NCBI GenBank assembly: GCA_016192455.1
Contig: JACPUC010000017.1
Location: forward strand, 1 to 64,000
Source of the DNA: Candidatus Tectimicrobiota bacterium
Lineage (GTDB): Bacteria > JACPUC01
DNA length: 64,000 nucleotides
Direction of reading: 5' to 3'
A program made the position numbers and the translations under genes. Shown here piece after piece: positions 37,651-47,141 of this stretch. Under the pieces are notes generated by a model. It was not told the DNA's origin. It searched no databases and worked only from the letters and a program-made list of their open reading frames with translations. How positions within the stretch are numbered: the first letter of the stretch is position 1; each line of letters opens with the position of its first letter.

Positions 37651-38412
37651 TCACTGGCGGAGGGGGATCTCCCGCTGCGCCTCCTCGGCCTCGAGTTCCG
37701 CCAGCAACCCCTGGTCCTCCTCGCTTAACGGCGCCTGGGCCAGCAACTCCGGACGCCGGCGGCGGGTCTTCCGCAAGGCTTCCTTCCGCCGCCAGCGCTC
37801 AATTGCCGCGTGGTTGCCGGAGAGCAGCACCTCGGGCACGGCGTAGCCGCGAAAGCCTTGCGGCCGCGTGTAGTGCGGGTAATCCAGCAGCCGGCCGTAG
37901 AACGAGTCCTGGACCACCGAGTCGCGCTTCCCCACGACGCCCGGCAGCAGACGGACCAGGGCGTCGATGAGCACCATGGCGGGAATCTCGCCGCCCGTGG
38001 TGACATAGTCTCCGATGGAGAGCTCCAGGTCAACGAAATGTTCCACGAACCGCTCGTCCACCCCCTCGTAGTGACCGCAGAGGATGGTGAGCAGCGGTTC
38101 CCGGGCCAGGGCTTTGAGGCGCTCCTGCTCCAGCCGCTCCCCCTGGGGAGACATGTAGACGAGCGGGCCGCTCCCCGGCTGCTCGTCCCGCACCGCCTCG
38201 AGGGCCGCAACGAGCGGCTCGATCTTCATGACCATCCCGGAGCCGCCCCCGTACGGCGCATCGTCAACGACCCGGTGCCGATCCCTGGTGGCATCGCGGA
38301 TGTCGTGCAGCCGCAAGTCCACGATGCCGCGCTGCCGCGCTTTGCCGACGATGCTGTCGGCGAACGGCGACGTGAACATCTGCGGGAAGATTGTCAGCAC
38401 ATCAATGCGCAT
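37651..38412 (-). CDS. trmD: tRNA (guanine-N1)-methyltransferase
   Basis: [51 protein letters not shown]. Confidence 0.97.
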   Translation of the reverse strand: MRIDVLTIFPQMFTSPFADSIVGKARQRGIVDLRLHDIRDATRDRHRVVDDAPYGGGSGMVMKIEPLVAALEAVRDEQPGSGPLVYMSPQGERLEQERLKALAREPLLTILCGHYEGVDERFVEHFVDLELSIGDYVTTGGEIPAMVLIDALVRLLPGVVGKRDSVVQDSFYGRLLDYPHYTRPQGFRGYAVPEVLLSGNHAAIERWRRKEALRKTRRRRPELLAQAPLSEEDQGLLAELEAEEAQREIPLRQ

Positions 38413-39103
38413 GACGCTCGTGCGTGCAGGCTTCCAGCAAGCCCTCGAGCGGCTGGACGAGGATGCGCCGCGCCGCCAGATCAACCGCCTCGATCACCTC
38501 ATCGGTCGCCGGCAGGAGGAGCTCCCCCGCCGGCGTCTCCACCACCCAGACATCGTGGCTCGCGGTGGAGAAGAAGTCGCGCAGGAGGCCGAGCGGGCCC
38601 TCCTTCGTCTCCACCTGGGCGCCGACAAGGTCGGGCCACAGGTAGGCATCCTGCAGCAGCGGCTGCACCGCCGCGCGCGGCGCCACCACCTCGGCGCCGA
38701 CGAGCTGCTCCGCGTCGCCGATGGAGCGGCAGCCGCCGAGCTGGAGCACGACGAGGCGCCGGTGCGGGGTGAGGCTCTCCACCCGAAAGGTTCTGGCGAA
38801 GGGCGCGCCGCCGGCCGCAGCCCGGCGCAGGAGAACCTCGCGCAGCCGCAGGCGCGCCAGCAGCTCCACCTCCAGGGCGGGCGCCAGCCGCACCGCACCC
38901 CGGCGGCCGTGCGGCCGCGTTACTCGACCGATCACCACGCCTTCGGGCGGCTCCGCCGCCGCCGGTTCTCCGGTGGGGAGAACGTCGCGGCGGCGCTCAG
39001 ACTTCTCATCCTGGGAGGCAGGAGCCGCGCCGGCGGTCGCCTGACGATCGGGCTGCCAGGTGGTTGCTTCCCCCCGGCGCCCATGATCCGCCTCGTCCGT
39101 CAT
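38402..39103 (-). CDS. rimM: 16S rRNA processing protein RimM (with N-terminal extension)
   Basis: IGRVTRPHGRRG, YLWPDLVG, HDVWVV, LLLPA; rpsP-khpA-rimM-trmD synteny. Confidence 0.85.
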   Translation of the reverse strand: MTDEADHGRRGEATTWQPDRQATAGAAPASQDEKSERRRDVLPTGEPAAAEPPEGVVIGRVTRPHGRRGAVRLAPALEVELLARLRLREVLLRRAAAGGAPFARTFRVESLTPHRRLVVLQLGGCRSIGDAEQLVGAEVVAPRAAVQPLLQDAYLWPDLVGAQVETKEGPLGLLRDFFSTASHDVWVVETPAGELLLPATDEVIEAVDLAARRILVQPLEGLLEACTHERHAH

Positions 39104-39166
39104 CGCCTCGCTCCCCTCCGCGTTCCGGCTCCCCGGGGCCGCCCGGCCCGCAGCGCTGCCGGCGGC

Positions 39167-39397
39167 CTACTCGATGATCTCCAGCACGGCGCGCTTGTTG
39201 ATCTTCGTGGCGGCGGCGTTGAGGAGGGTGCGCATCGCCCGGGCGGTGCGGCCCTGCTTGCCGATGACCTTGCCGAGGTCCTCCCGCGCCACCTTGAGCT
39301 CGATGACCATCGTCCGCTCCCCTTGAACTTCCCGCACCACCACCTCGTCGGGTTTATCAACCAGTGACGAGACGATGTACTCGATCAGCTCCTTCAT
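39167..39397 (-). CDS. khpA: KH-domain RNA-binding protein KhpA
   Basis: [32 protein letters not shown]. Confidence 0.93.
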   Translation of the reverse strand: MKELIEYIVSSLVDKPDEVVVREVQGERTMVIELKVAREDLGKVIGKQGRTARAMRTLLNAAATKINKRAVLEIIE

Positions 39398-39578
39398 CGC
39401 ACTCCTTCCACGTCCACCTGGCACGCGCTCGCCCCTGCTCGCTGGGGTGAGGACCGCTCTCGGGGGAGCCATGGCGGGGGATGCGCGGCGGTCACGCTCG
39501 GCTCATCCCAACCGTCGCGTCATCTCCACGGGGGACCCCATGGGGGCCGCCTGGCCGAGCAAGTCGAGCCGGACGCCG

Positions 39579-39899
39579 TCACACGCTGCCGCCGGGCGCG
39601 CTCGCAGCCTCCGCGGGCCTTGCCTCCGCCGCCGAGCTCGTGAGCTTGCCGGAGGCGCTCGTGATGCCGGCCCTGGTGAACAGCGACCGCACCGTCTCGC
39701 TCATCTGCGCCCCTTGCTGGAGCCAGTGGATGGTCTTCTCCCGGTTCACCTTGAGCGCCGGAGGCTCCGTCAGCGGGTTGTAGGTGCCGATATGCTCGAT
39801 GAACCGGCCGTCGCGCCGCGCCCGCCCGTCAGCCACGGTGATGCGGTAGAAGGGACGTTTCTTCGAGCCATGACGCTGGAGGCGAATTCGCACAGCCAC
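39579..39899 (-). CDS. rpsP: 30S ribosomal protein S16
   Basis: [39 protein letters not shown]. Confidence 0.97.
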   Translation of the reverse strand: MAVRIRLQRHGSKKRPFYRITVADGRARRDGRFIEHIGTYNPLTEPPALKVNREKTIHWLQQGAQMSETVRSLFTRAGITSASGKLTSSAAEARPAEAASAPGGSV

Positions 39900-40116
39900 A
39901 ACAGGGTCTCCTTGGTGGAACAGGTGGGGCCATCTTAAAACCAACAGGGCGGTCGGGAGACAACGTCAACCCAGGCGCGCCTCGATCCTCGGGGGAAAGG
40001 AGCGGCAGCACGCCGGCCGTGCCACCGCGCTCACCCTCGGCCTCAGCCCGGCAGCCGGGAACGATCCCTTCTGGATAGCCTGGGTGGAACCCTAAGGATT
40101 TCCGCAACGAACCGAG

Positions 40117-41454
40117 CTAGCCAAGAGGCAAAGGAAGGTGTCCGCGGCGCAGCTTCTTGCTTGCCTTTCCAACCCCGCCGAAGGAGCGCATCATCTTCTT
40201 CATCTGCGCGAACTGCTTCAACAACCGGTTGACATCCTGGACGGTGGTGCCGCTGCCGCGGGCAATACGCTTGCGGCGGCTGCCGTTGATGAGCGCATGG
40301 TTGTGGCGTTCGCCCATGGTCATGGAGCTGATCATTGCCTCAACCTTCACCAACTCCTTCGCATCCGGTTGGATGTCCTTGAGCCGCTTCATGCCAGGGA
40401 TCAGGTCCAGCAGCCCCTCGAGAGGACCCATCGTCTTCAGTTGGCAGATTTGTGCGGAGAAGTCCTCCAGCGTGAAGGAGTCCTCCTGCAGCTTGCGCTC
40501 CAGCTCCAGGGCCTGCTCCTGGCTGTAGGCGGCTTCCACCTTGTCGATGAGCGACAGCACATCCCCCATGCCGAGAATCCGGGAGGCCATGCGGTCGGGG
40601 TGGAAGGCCTCCAGAGCCTCAACCTTCTCGCCCGTGCCGATGAACTTGATCGGCGCCCCGGTCACCTCGCGGATAGAGAGCGCCGCCCCACCGCGCGCAT
40701 CGCCGTCCAGCTTCGTCAGCACCACGCCGTCGAGCTGCACCGCCTCGTGGAAGGCCTTCGCCACATTCACCGCGTCCTGGCCGGTCATGGCGTCAACAAC
40801 GAGGAGCACCTCGTGCGGCTGCAGGCGGGCCTTGATCTCCCGCAGTTCCTCCATGAGCTCGGTGTTGACGTGCAGGCGGCCGGCCGTGTCGAGGAGGAGC
40901 ACGTCGCAGTGCTGCGCCGCGGCCACGCGCACCGCCTCCTGGCAGATGCGCAGGGGTGACTCGCCCGGGCCGCCGACGTGCACCGGCACGCCGATCTGCT
41001 TCCCCAGGGTTTGAAGCTGCTGGATGGCGGCGGGCCGCTGGATATCCGCCGCGACCATGAGAGGGCGTTTCCCTTCCTGGCGGAACTTCGCGGCCAGCTT
41101 CGCCGTGGAGGTCGTCTTGCCGGAGCCCTGGAGACCGCACATCATGACGATGGTGGGGGCCGAAGGGGCCCATTGCAGCTCCGCCCCCTGGGCGCCCATC
41201 AGGCGGGTCAACTCTTCGTTGACGATCTTGATCACCTGCTGGGCCGGCGTCAGGCTCGCCAGCACCTCCGCGCCGACGGCGCGCTGGCGCACCTTCTCAA
41301 CAAAGGACTTCACCACCGTGTAGTTGACGTCCGCCTCGAGCAGCGCGACGCGAATTTCGCGCAACGCCTCGCCGACGTCCCGTTCGTTCAACGTGCCGCG
41401 GCCGCGGAGCTTCTTGAAGATGCCTTCCAGCCGCTGCGTGAGGCTCTCGAACAT
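40117..41454 (-). CDS. ffh: Signal recognition particle protein Ffh
   Basis: MFESL, ALLEADV, GLQGSGKTT, DTAGR, TKLDGDARGG, SRRKRIARGSG. Confidence 0.98.
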   Translation of the reverse strand: MFESLTQRLEGIFKKLRGRGTLNERDVGEALREIRVALLEADVNYTVVKSFVEKVRQRAVGAEVLASLTPAQQVIKIVNEELTRLMGAQGAELQWAPSAPTIVMMCGLQGSGKTTSTAKLAAKFRQEGKRPLMVAADIQRPAAIQQLQTLGKQIGVPVHVGGPGESPLRICQEAVRVAAAQHCDVLLLDTAGRLHVNTELMEELREIKARLQPHEVLLVVDAMTGQDAVNVAKAFHEAVQLDGVVLTKLDGDARGGAALSIREVTGAPIKFIGTGEKVEALEAFHPDRMASRILGMGDVLSLIDKVEAAYSQEQALELERKLQEDSFTLEDFSAQICQLKTMGPLEGLLDLIPGMKRLKDIQPDAKELVKVEAMISSMTMGERHNHALINGSRRKRIARGSGTTVQDVNRLLKQFAQMKKMMRSFGGVGKASKKLRRGHLPLPLG

Positions 41455-41565
41455 CCTTCCCACCCGCCGCATCGCGCCGGTTGCGGCACAAACCATCACC
41501 TCCGCATGCCCCGCTGCTGCTCGCGGGGCCGCCCGCGCCTCTCGACATGTCGCCGTAAATGGTTG

Positions 41566-41594
41566 AGGATAGTGCCTCTATCCTGAGGTGTCAA
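41566..41594 (-). promoter_or_regulatory. sigma70 promoter of the ffh-rpsP operon
   Basis: TTGACA-N17-TATCCT. Confidence 0.7.
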
Positions 41595-41683
41595 GGAGGA
41601 AATAGCGCCCCATCCTCCCCCCTCGGCCTGCCCACGGCGCCGCGGCCTCCCACGGCGCAGCGCTTCCGCCTCCGTCAACCTTC

Positions 41684-42352
41684 TCAGCCCGCGGCGGCAC
41701 CCCCCCTGAGCTGTCGGATCACCGTGCCATAGTCGGGCTGCTCGAAGATTGCTGATCCCGCCACGAGGATGGACGCCCCGGCCTCGCGGAGGAGGGCCGC
41801 GTTGCCGGGGTTCACCCCGCCATCCACCTCAATGGCGACGCTCAGACCGCGCTCCGCGATCAGCCGCCGCAGGCGGGCGATCTTGCCCTCGCTGCCGGCG
41901 ATGTACGCCTGGCCCCCAAAGCCTGGGTTGACGGACATGATGAGCACGAAGTCCACGCTGGGGAGAATCTCCTCGACAGCGGTGAGCGGCGTGGCCGGGT
42001 TGAGAACGACCCCGGGGCTTATGCCGCAGGCGCGGATGCGGCCCACCGTGCGGTGCAGGTGCGGGCAGGTCTCCACGTGCACCGAGAGGCTGGTGGCGCC
42101 GGCCTCCTGGAAGTCCTCGATGAGCCGGTCGGGATGCATCACCATGAGGTGGCAGTCGAGCGGCAGCTGCGTGCAGCGCCGCAGCCAGCGCACCACCGGG
42201 GGACCGATGGTGAGGTTGGGGACGAACTGCCCGTCCATGACATCGATGTGCAGCCAGTCAGCGCCGGCCGTCTCGACCGCCTGCACCTCCTCGCACAGGC
42301 GTCCGAAATCAGCGGCGAGGAGGGAGGGAGCAATGAGGATGGGGGCCGACAT
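41684..42352 (-). CDS. rpe: Ribulose-phosphate 3-epimerase
   Basis: IAPSLLAADF, HIDVMDGQFVPN, DCHLM, MSVNPGFGGQ, EVDGG. Confidence 0.97.
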   Translation of the reverse strand: MSAPILIAPSLLAADFGRLCEEVQAVETAGADWLHIDVMDGQFVPNLTIGPPVVRWLRRCTQLPLDCHLMVMHPDRLIEDFQEAGATSLSVHVETCPHLHRTVGRIRACGISPGVVLNPATPLTAVEEILPSVDFVLIMSVNPGFGGQAYIAGSEGKIARLRRLIAERGLSVAIEVDGGVNPGNAALLREAGASILVAGSAIFEQPDYGTVIRQLRGGAAAG

Positions 42353-42595
42353 CACCTGCCGCTGCTCCTAGGCGAGGTGAAGGGCCCCGCCTTCCGGCTG
42401 GACCCCTCGCCAGACTCGCAGGCGCGATCATCTCCCGCCACTGCGCCGCGGGCGAGATGCGTGCGAAGACAGCCTCGCCGCCCAGGAGATGCCCCGGCAC
42501 TTCAAACGCGACGAGGTTTGCACTGGAGCTCTGGGACCGCGCGCTGCTGACGCCCCAGACCCTCCGCCACGGTCGGCGGGCGAGGTCTCCAGTGC

Positions 42596-43540
42596 CTAGT
42601 AGTAGATGCGCTCACTGACCAGCTTGTCGTCCAGGTAGATCTTCGCGGTGGTCTTCCCATGCACGGGGACGAGGAGACGAATCTGCTGCCCCGGCTCACT
42701 CATCTGGTTGTAGATTTCCCGGCTCCCCTTCTCCGAGGCCACAAGGATGCGCAGCCGGCGCGCCGTCAGGCCTTCCGGCATCTCGTACTGGAGCACGCTA
42801 AAGGTGCCCACCTGCGCCGAGGTGGGCGGCTTCTTCGAGACGACGAGCCGCGCCACCATCCCCGCCCGCACCGGCTCGCCGCCGCTCGGCTCGTGGCGCA
42901 GGATCGTTCCCGCCGCGATGCCCGGGTACTCGACGGAGACGAGGTCCGCCAGCTCCAGGCGCAAAGCCTTGGTCACCGCCGCGGCCTCTTCAAGGGGGCG
43001 CCCGACGAGGTTCGGCATGGCATACATGCCAGGGCGCGGCCCCAGGCTGACGAGGAGATTGACGGCGTGGCCGCGCTTGACCTGTCGCCCGCTCTCGGGG
43101 GACTGGGCGATGACGCGGTTTTCACCGATCTGCGCGTCTGACACACGGGCGATCTGCCCGACCTCGAGGCCTTGACGCTGCAGGCTGCCGCGGGCGTTCT
43201 CCAGGAGCTCGCCGCGCAGCTCCGCCATGGTGAGGCGCGCCGATCCCTCACTGAGGACGACGAGGAGAGAGCGCCCCTCCTTCACACGCGTGCCGGCCTC
43301 CGGCATCTGTTTAACGATGTGGTCCTTCGGAATGTCGGGGCTGGCTTCCCGCCCCTGGATTTTCAGGGCCAGTTGCCGCCCCTGCGTCTCCTGCACCGCC
43401 GCCACCACGTCCTTGCCCACGAGGTTCGGCACCACCACTTCCTCACCGCCCACGATCACTTGCAAGGCAACGAAGGCGCTGGCCGCGCTGATCGCAAGGA
43501 AGGCCAGGAAGGCAAGCAGGAAGGTGAAGAGCTTCTTCAT
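42596..43540 (-). CDS. Membrane-anchored protein with three PASTA domains
   Basis: N-terminal TM, VPNLVGK / MAELRG / MPNLVGR repeats with Q.P..G..V....V.L.VS.G. Confidence 0.85.
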   Translation of the reverse strand: MKKLFTFLLAFLAFLAISAASAFVALQVIVGGEEVVVPNLVGKDVVAAVQETQGRQLALKIQGREASPDIPKDHIVKQMPEAGTRVKEGRSLLVVLSEGSARLTMAELRGELLENARGSLQRQGLEVGQIARVSDAQIGENRVIAQSPESGRQVKRGHAVNLLVSLGPRPGMYAMPNLVGRPLEEAAAVTKALRLELADLVSVEYPGIAAGTILRHEPSGGEPVRAGMVARLVVSKKPPTSAQVGTFSVLQYEMPEGLTARRLRILVASEKGSREIYNQMSEPGQQIRLLVPVHGKTTAKIYLDDKLVSERIYY

Positions 43541-43690
43541 CGGACTCCTCCCGACGGGAGCGCCGCGCTCCTGACCCTGCGGCCCGCCGCGGGTTCGCTG
43601 CGACTTGGGTCCCCCTCCTGGGGCCTCCCCCAGCGTAACGGCAGCAGCCACCGCGAAGGCGACCGCCGGGACCGCGCTCCTCTCGAGGGC

Positions 43691-45106
43691 TCAGCCTTGC
43701 ACCTCAAAGACGGCCGCGAAGAATCCATCGCTGTCGTGCAGATGGGGAACCGTCACGAGGGCGCCGTTCCGCAGCAGATCATGGCGGCGCATCGTGGTGA
43801 GGCGCGACGCCGCATCGACCGGTGCCACGTCGCGGCGTTGGCGCGCGAACGTTTCCGCCACCTGCACCGTTTCCTCCGGCTCGGTGCTGCAGACCGCATA
43901 GACGAGCGTGCCCCCCGGGGCCACGAGGTTGGCCACCTGCTCTAGCAGCTCGAGCTGCAGCGCCGCGAGGCGGACGATGTCCTCCTCGGCGCGGCGCCAG
44001 CGCAGGTCGGGATAGCGCCGCACCACCCCCAGGCCGCTGCACGGGGCATCCACGAGAGCGGCGTCGAAGGGGCGCCCCCGCAGCGGCGGGCGGCGCGCAT
44101 CAGCGAGGTGGCGGCGGGCGATCGTCACGCCAAGCCGCAGGCACTCGTCGCCGAGCTGCCGCAGTTTGCCGGCGTGCACATCCCAGCAGGTGATCCTCCC
44201 CTGGCCGCGCAGCCCCATGGCGATCGACGCCGTCTTGCCGCCGCGGCCGGCGCACGCATCCAAGACCTGCTGCCCAGGGCGCAGCCCGAGGAGCTCCACG
44301 GCGGCCATCGAGCTCTCGTCCTGGATGAAAAAGGCGCCCTCTCGGAAGGCCGTCAGCTCGCGCACGTCTCCCGGCGCAGCGAGGCGCAACGCATCCGGAT
44401 GCAGGGTTCCTGACGCCACGCGGCACCCCGCCTTCTCGATCAGCGCGGCAACCTCCGCGGTGGTCCAGCGGAGCGTATTGACGCGCACGGAGAGGGGTGG
44501 CACGCAGTTGTTCGCGGCGCAGAGGCTGACCGCCTCCTCGACGCTCCACTGCCGCACCCAGCGCCGCACCAGCCACGCCGGGTGCGAGGCCGTGACGCTG
44601 AGGTGCGTCACCGCATCCTCGTGGAGGCTCGGCAGGGGCGGATCATGCCGACGCAGCAGTTCGCGCAGCACCGCATTGACGTACCCCGCCGCCCAGCGCC
44701 GTCCCATCGCGCGCGCCAGGCTCACCGTGTCGCTCACGGCGGCGTACTCCGGCACCGCCGTGAGGTAGCGGAGCTGGTAAGCGCCCAGGCGGAGCAGGAT
44801 GCGCACCCAGGCATCAAGGCTCTCCAGGGAGCGGCGGCTGCAGGGCGCCAGCAGCCAGTCCAGGGTGGCGCGGTGGCGCAGCACGCCATAGACGAGCTCT
44901 TCAGCCAGCGCGCGCTCCCGCCGCTCCAGCGGCGAGCGCCGCAGGGCCGCCGCCAGGGCGAAGTTGGCGTAGGCTCCTTGCGTTTCGACGCGGTGGAGAA
45001 CGCGCGCCGCCACCGCCCTGGCGGAGGGTGGTGCGTGGTCCCGCGCCTCTCCGCCGACGAGGCACCCCGTCCTCGCCGCCTGCGGTCGCATGGCGTTGCC
45101 CCTCAT
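43691..45106 (-). CDS. rsmB: 16S rRNA m5C967 methyltransferase RsmB/Sun
   Basis: NusB-like N-terminus, SHPAW, IQDESS, LDACAGRGGK, DAPCSGLG, YAVCS. Confidence 0.94.
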   Translation of the reverse strand: MRGNAMRPQAARTGCLVGGEARDHAPPSARAVAARVLHRVETQGAYANFALAAALRRSPLERRERALAEELVYGVLRHRATLDWLLAPCSRRSLESLDAWVRILLRLGAYQLRYLTAVPEYAAVSDTVSLARAMGRRWAAGYVNAVLRELLRRHDPPLPSLHEDAVTHLSVTASHPAWLVRRWVRQWSVEEAVSLCAANNCVPPLSVRVNTLRWTTAEVAALIEKAGCRVASGTLHPDALRLAAPGDVRELTAFREGAFFIQDESSMAAVELLGLRPGQQVLDACAGRGGKTASIAMGLRGQGRITCWDVHAGKLRQLGDECLRLGVTIARRHLADARRPPLRGRPFDAALVDAPCSGLGVVRRYPDLRWRRAEEDIVRLAALQLELLEQVANLVAPGGTLVYAVCSTEPEETVQVAETFARQRRDVAPVDAASRLTTMRRHDLLRNGALVTVPHLHDSDGFFAAVFEVQG

Positions 45107-46203
45107 GGCGCCTCCCGGCGGCCGATGCGACGCCCGTCTCGCTCCCCTGCTCCCGGCGTAGGGGGCGGTGACGTCGCCGCGGCAGCGGCGCCCTGCGCCG
45201 GGGGCGCGGCCGTGACCGACGCGGCCGATTCGCGCGGCGCTTCCGCGCCCTCCCCCCGAGGCCCGCCGAAGACCTCCCCCACCCGCAGGGAGCGCCCTCG
45301 AAGGTAGGCGGCGGCGCTCATGGCGGACTTGTTGGCGGGTTGCACTTCGAGCAGCACGAGGAGGCTGCGGCCCGTCTGCAGCGCGATGCCCTCCTCATCG
45401 ATGGCAGCGACGCGCCCCGCGACGTCCCGGGCACCGCCTGGGCGCGCCGCCGCGTCGACCCGCGCCCGCAGCACCCGCAGGCGCTCGCCGCCATGCTCGG
45501 TGAACGCGCCAGGCCACGGGTGGTAGGCGCGAATCTGGCGCTCCAGCTCCACCGCCGGCCGGCACCAGTCAAGCCGGCCGTCCTCTTTGCGCAGTTTGCG
45601 CGTCAGGATCGCCTTCGCGTCATCCTGGCGCCGCGGCTGCAGGGCGCCGCGCTCCAGATCCGTGAGGGTGGTCACCATGAGCCGCGCGCCGACCTCGGCC
45701 AGGCGGTCGTGGAGAGAGGCCGCGGTATCATCCGGCGCGATGGCGACCTCCTCCTGGAGCAGGAGGTCGCCGCTGTCCAATCCCGCATCGAGGACCATCG
45801 TCGTCACCCCCGTGACCGCATCCCCCCGCAGGATGGCGGTGGAGATCGGCGCGGCCCCGCGATAGCGCGGCAAGAGCGAGGGGTGGAGATTGATGCAGCC
45901 GTGCGGGCAGAGGCCGAGGAGCGCCTCGGGGAGCAACTGCCCATAGGCCACCACCACGATGGCATCAGCGCCGCACGCCCCCAGGCGCTCCAGCAGGCTG
46001 GGCTCCGAGGCCCGCCGCGGTTGCAGCACCGGCAGGCCCAACTCCTGGGCGCAACGCTTCACCGGCGGCGGCTGGACCTGCCGACCGCGCCCGCGGGGTC
46101 GATCGGGCTGCGTCACCAGCAGGCAGACGTCATGGGGCGACGCCTGGAGGGCCCGCAGCGTTGGCAGCGCAAACTCTGGTGTCCCGAAGAAGATGCAGCG
46201 CAT
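45103..46203 (-). CDS. fmt: Methionyl-tRNA formyltransferase
   Basis: FFGTPEFA, TQPDRPRGRG, INLHPSLLPRYRGAAPI, LDSGD. Confidence 0.97.
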   Translation of the reverse strand: MRCIFFGTPEFALPTLRALQASPHDVCLLVTQPDRPRGRGRQVQPPPVKRCAQELGLPVLQPRRASEPSLLERLGACGADAIVVVAYGQLLPEALLGLCPHGCINLHPSLLPRYRGAAPISTAILRGDAVTGVTTMVLDAGLDSGDLLLQEEVAIAPDDTAASLHDRLAEVGARLMVTTLTDLERGALQPRRQDDAKAILTRKLRKEDGRLDWCRPAVELERQIRAYHPWPGAFTEHGGERLRVLRARVDAAARPGGARDVAGRVAAIDEEGIALQTGRSLLVLLEVQPANKSAMSAAAYLRGRSLRVGEVFGGPRGEGAEAPRESAASVTAAPPAQGAAAAATSPPPTPGAGERDGRRIGRREAP

Positions 46204-46348
46204 CAGGGCCTGCTCATAGCCACGGCGCACGGTTCAGTTTGCTCCCGCAAGCCCACCGAGCGGAGACCCGCTGGCGGCCGTCACTGTGGAGCCCCCACCC
46301 CGGCATTCCCGCCCCGGCATCGGCAAGCGCCGGCTTCCGGCAGGGCTC

Positions 46349-46900
46349 TCAGAGGGCCGGCGCGCCACTCGACCGCCGCGCCCGGGGCTTCGTCTCTTCG
46401 TCTCGCTTCAGCTTGCGGAGCTTGCGCTTCGCCAGATCGCGTTTCAACGGGCTCAAGTAATCGAGGAAGAGGATGCCCTCCAGGTGGTCAAGCTCGTGCT
46501 GCACGGCGCGCGCTTCCAGGCCGTGCACGTGGCGCTCGAACCACGCGCCGTGGCGGTCCTGCGCCCGCACGCGGACCGTCGCCGCGCGCCGCACCACGGC
46601 CGAGTACTCGGGAACGCTCAAACAGCCCTCTTCGGCCTCCTCCACTCCCTCGAGCTCGACGATCTTGGGGTTCACGAGCTCCATCAGCTTCCCCGTCTCG
46701 TCGCCCACCGAGAGGTCGATGATCATCAGCCGCCGCAGCACCCCCACCTGGGGGGCCGCCAATCCGACGCCCGGGGCCAAGTACATCGTCTCCAGCATAT
46801 CATCGAGGAGGCGGTGCAGTTCCCCGTCGAACTCCACCACCGGAGCCGATTTCTGTCGCAAGAGGGGGTCGGGGTACGTCAAAATTCTCAACCGAGCCAC
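46349..46900 (-). CDS. def: Peptide deformylase
   Basis: GVGLAAPQ, EGCLS, QHELDHLEG. Confidence 0.98.
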   Translation of the reverse strand: MARLRILTYPDPLLRQKSAPVVEFDGELHRLLDDMLETMYLAPGVGLAAPQVGVLRRLMIIDLSVGDETGKLMELVNPKIVELEGVEEAEEGCLSVPEYSAVVRRAATVRVRAQDRHGAWFERHVHGLEARAVQHELDHLEGILFLDYLSPLKRDLAKRKLRKLKRDEETKPRARRSSGAPAL

Positions 46901-47141
46901 GTTCTATCTCCTACCCTCCCTCTTCTCACGCCTGCTCCTCACCACCCCGGCGCACTCACGCTCAGGCGGCCCCAGGAGGCCGCGGGAGGCGTGGGAGGGC
47001 TTGCGACACGACGCCGTTCGACGTAGCATCACGTGGACCAGCTACGAGTAACTTTAATCACCTGAGCGCAGAAGGGCAACCCGTCGCCTTGCTTCTCCGA
47101 CCGGACCCCCTTCGCCGCCTTCCGCGAGCTGGATTCGCAGG

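Noticed and set aside
39960..40110. SRP (4.5S) RNA next to ffh
   Set aside because: The conserved CAGG..GGAA..GCAGC domain IV helix is not convincingly present on either strand.
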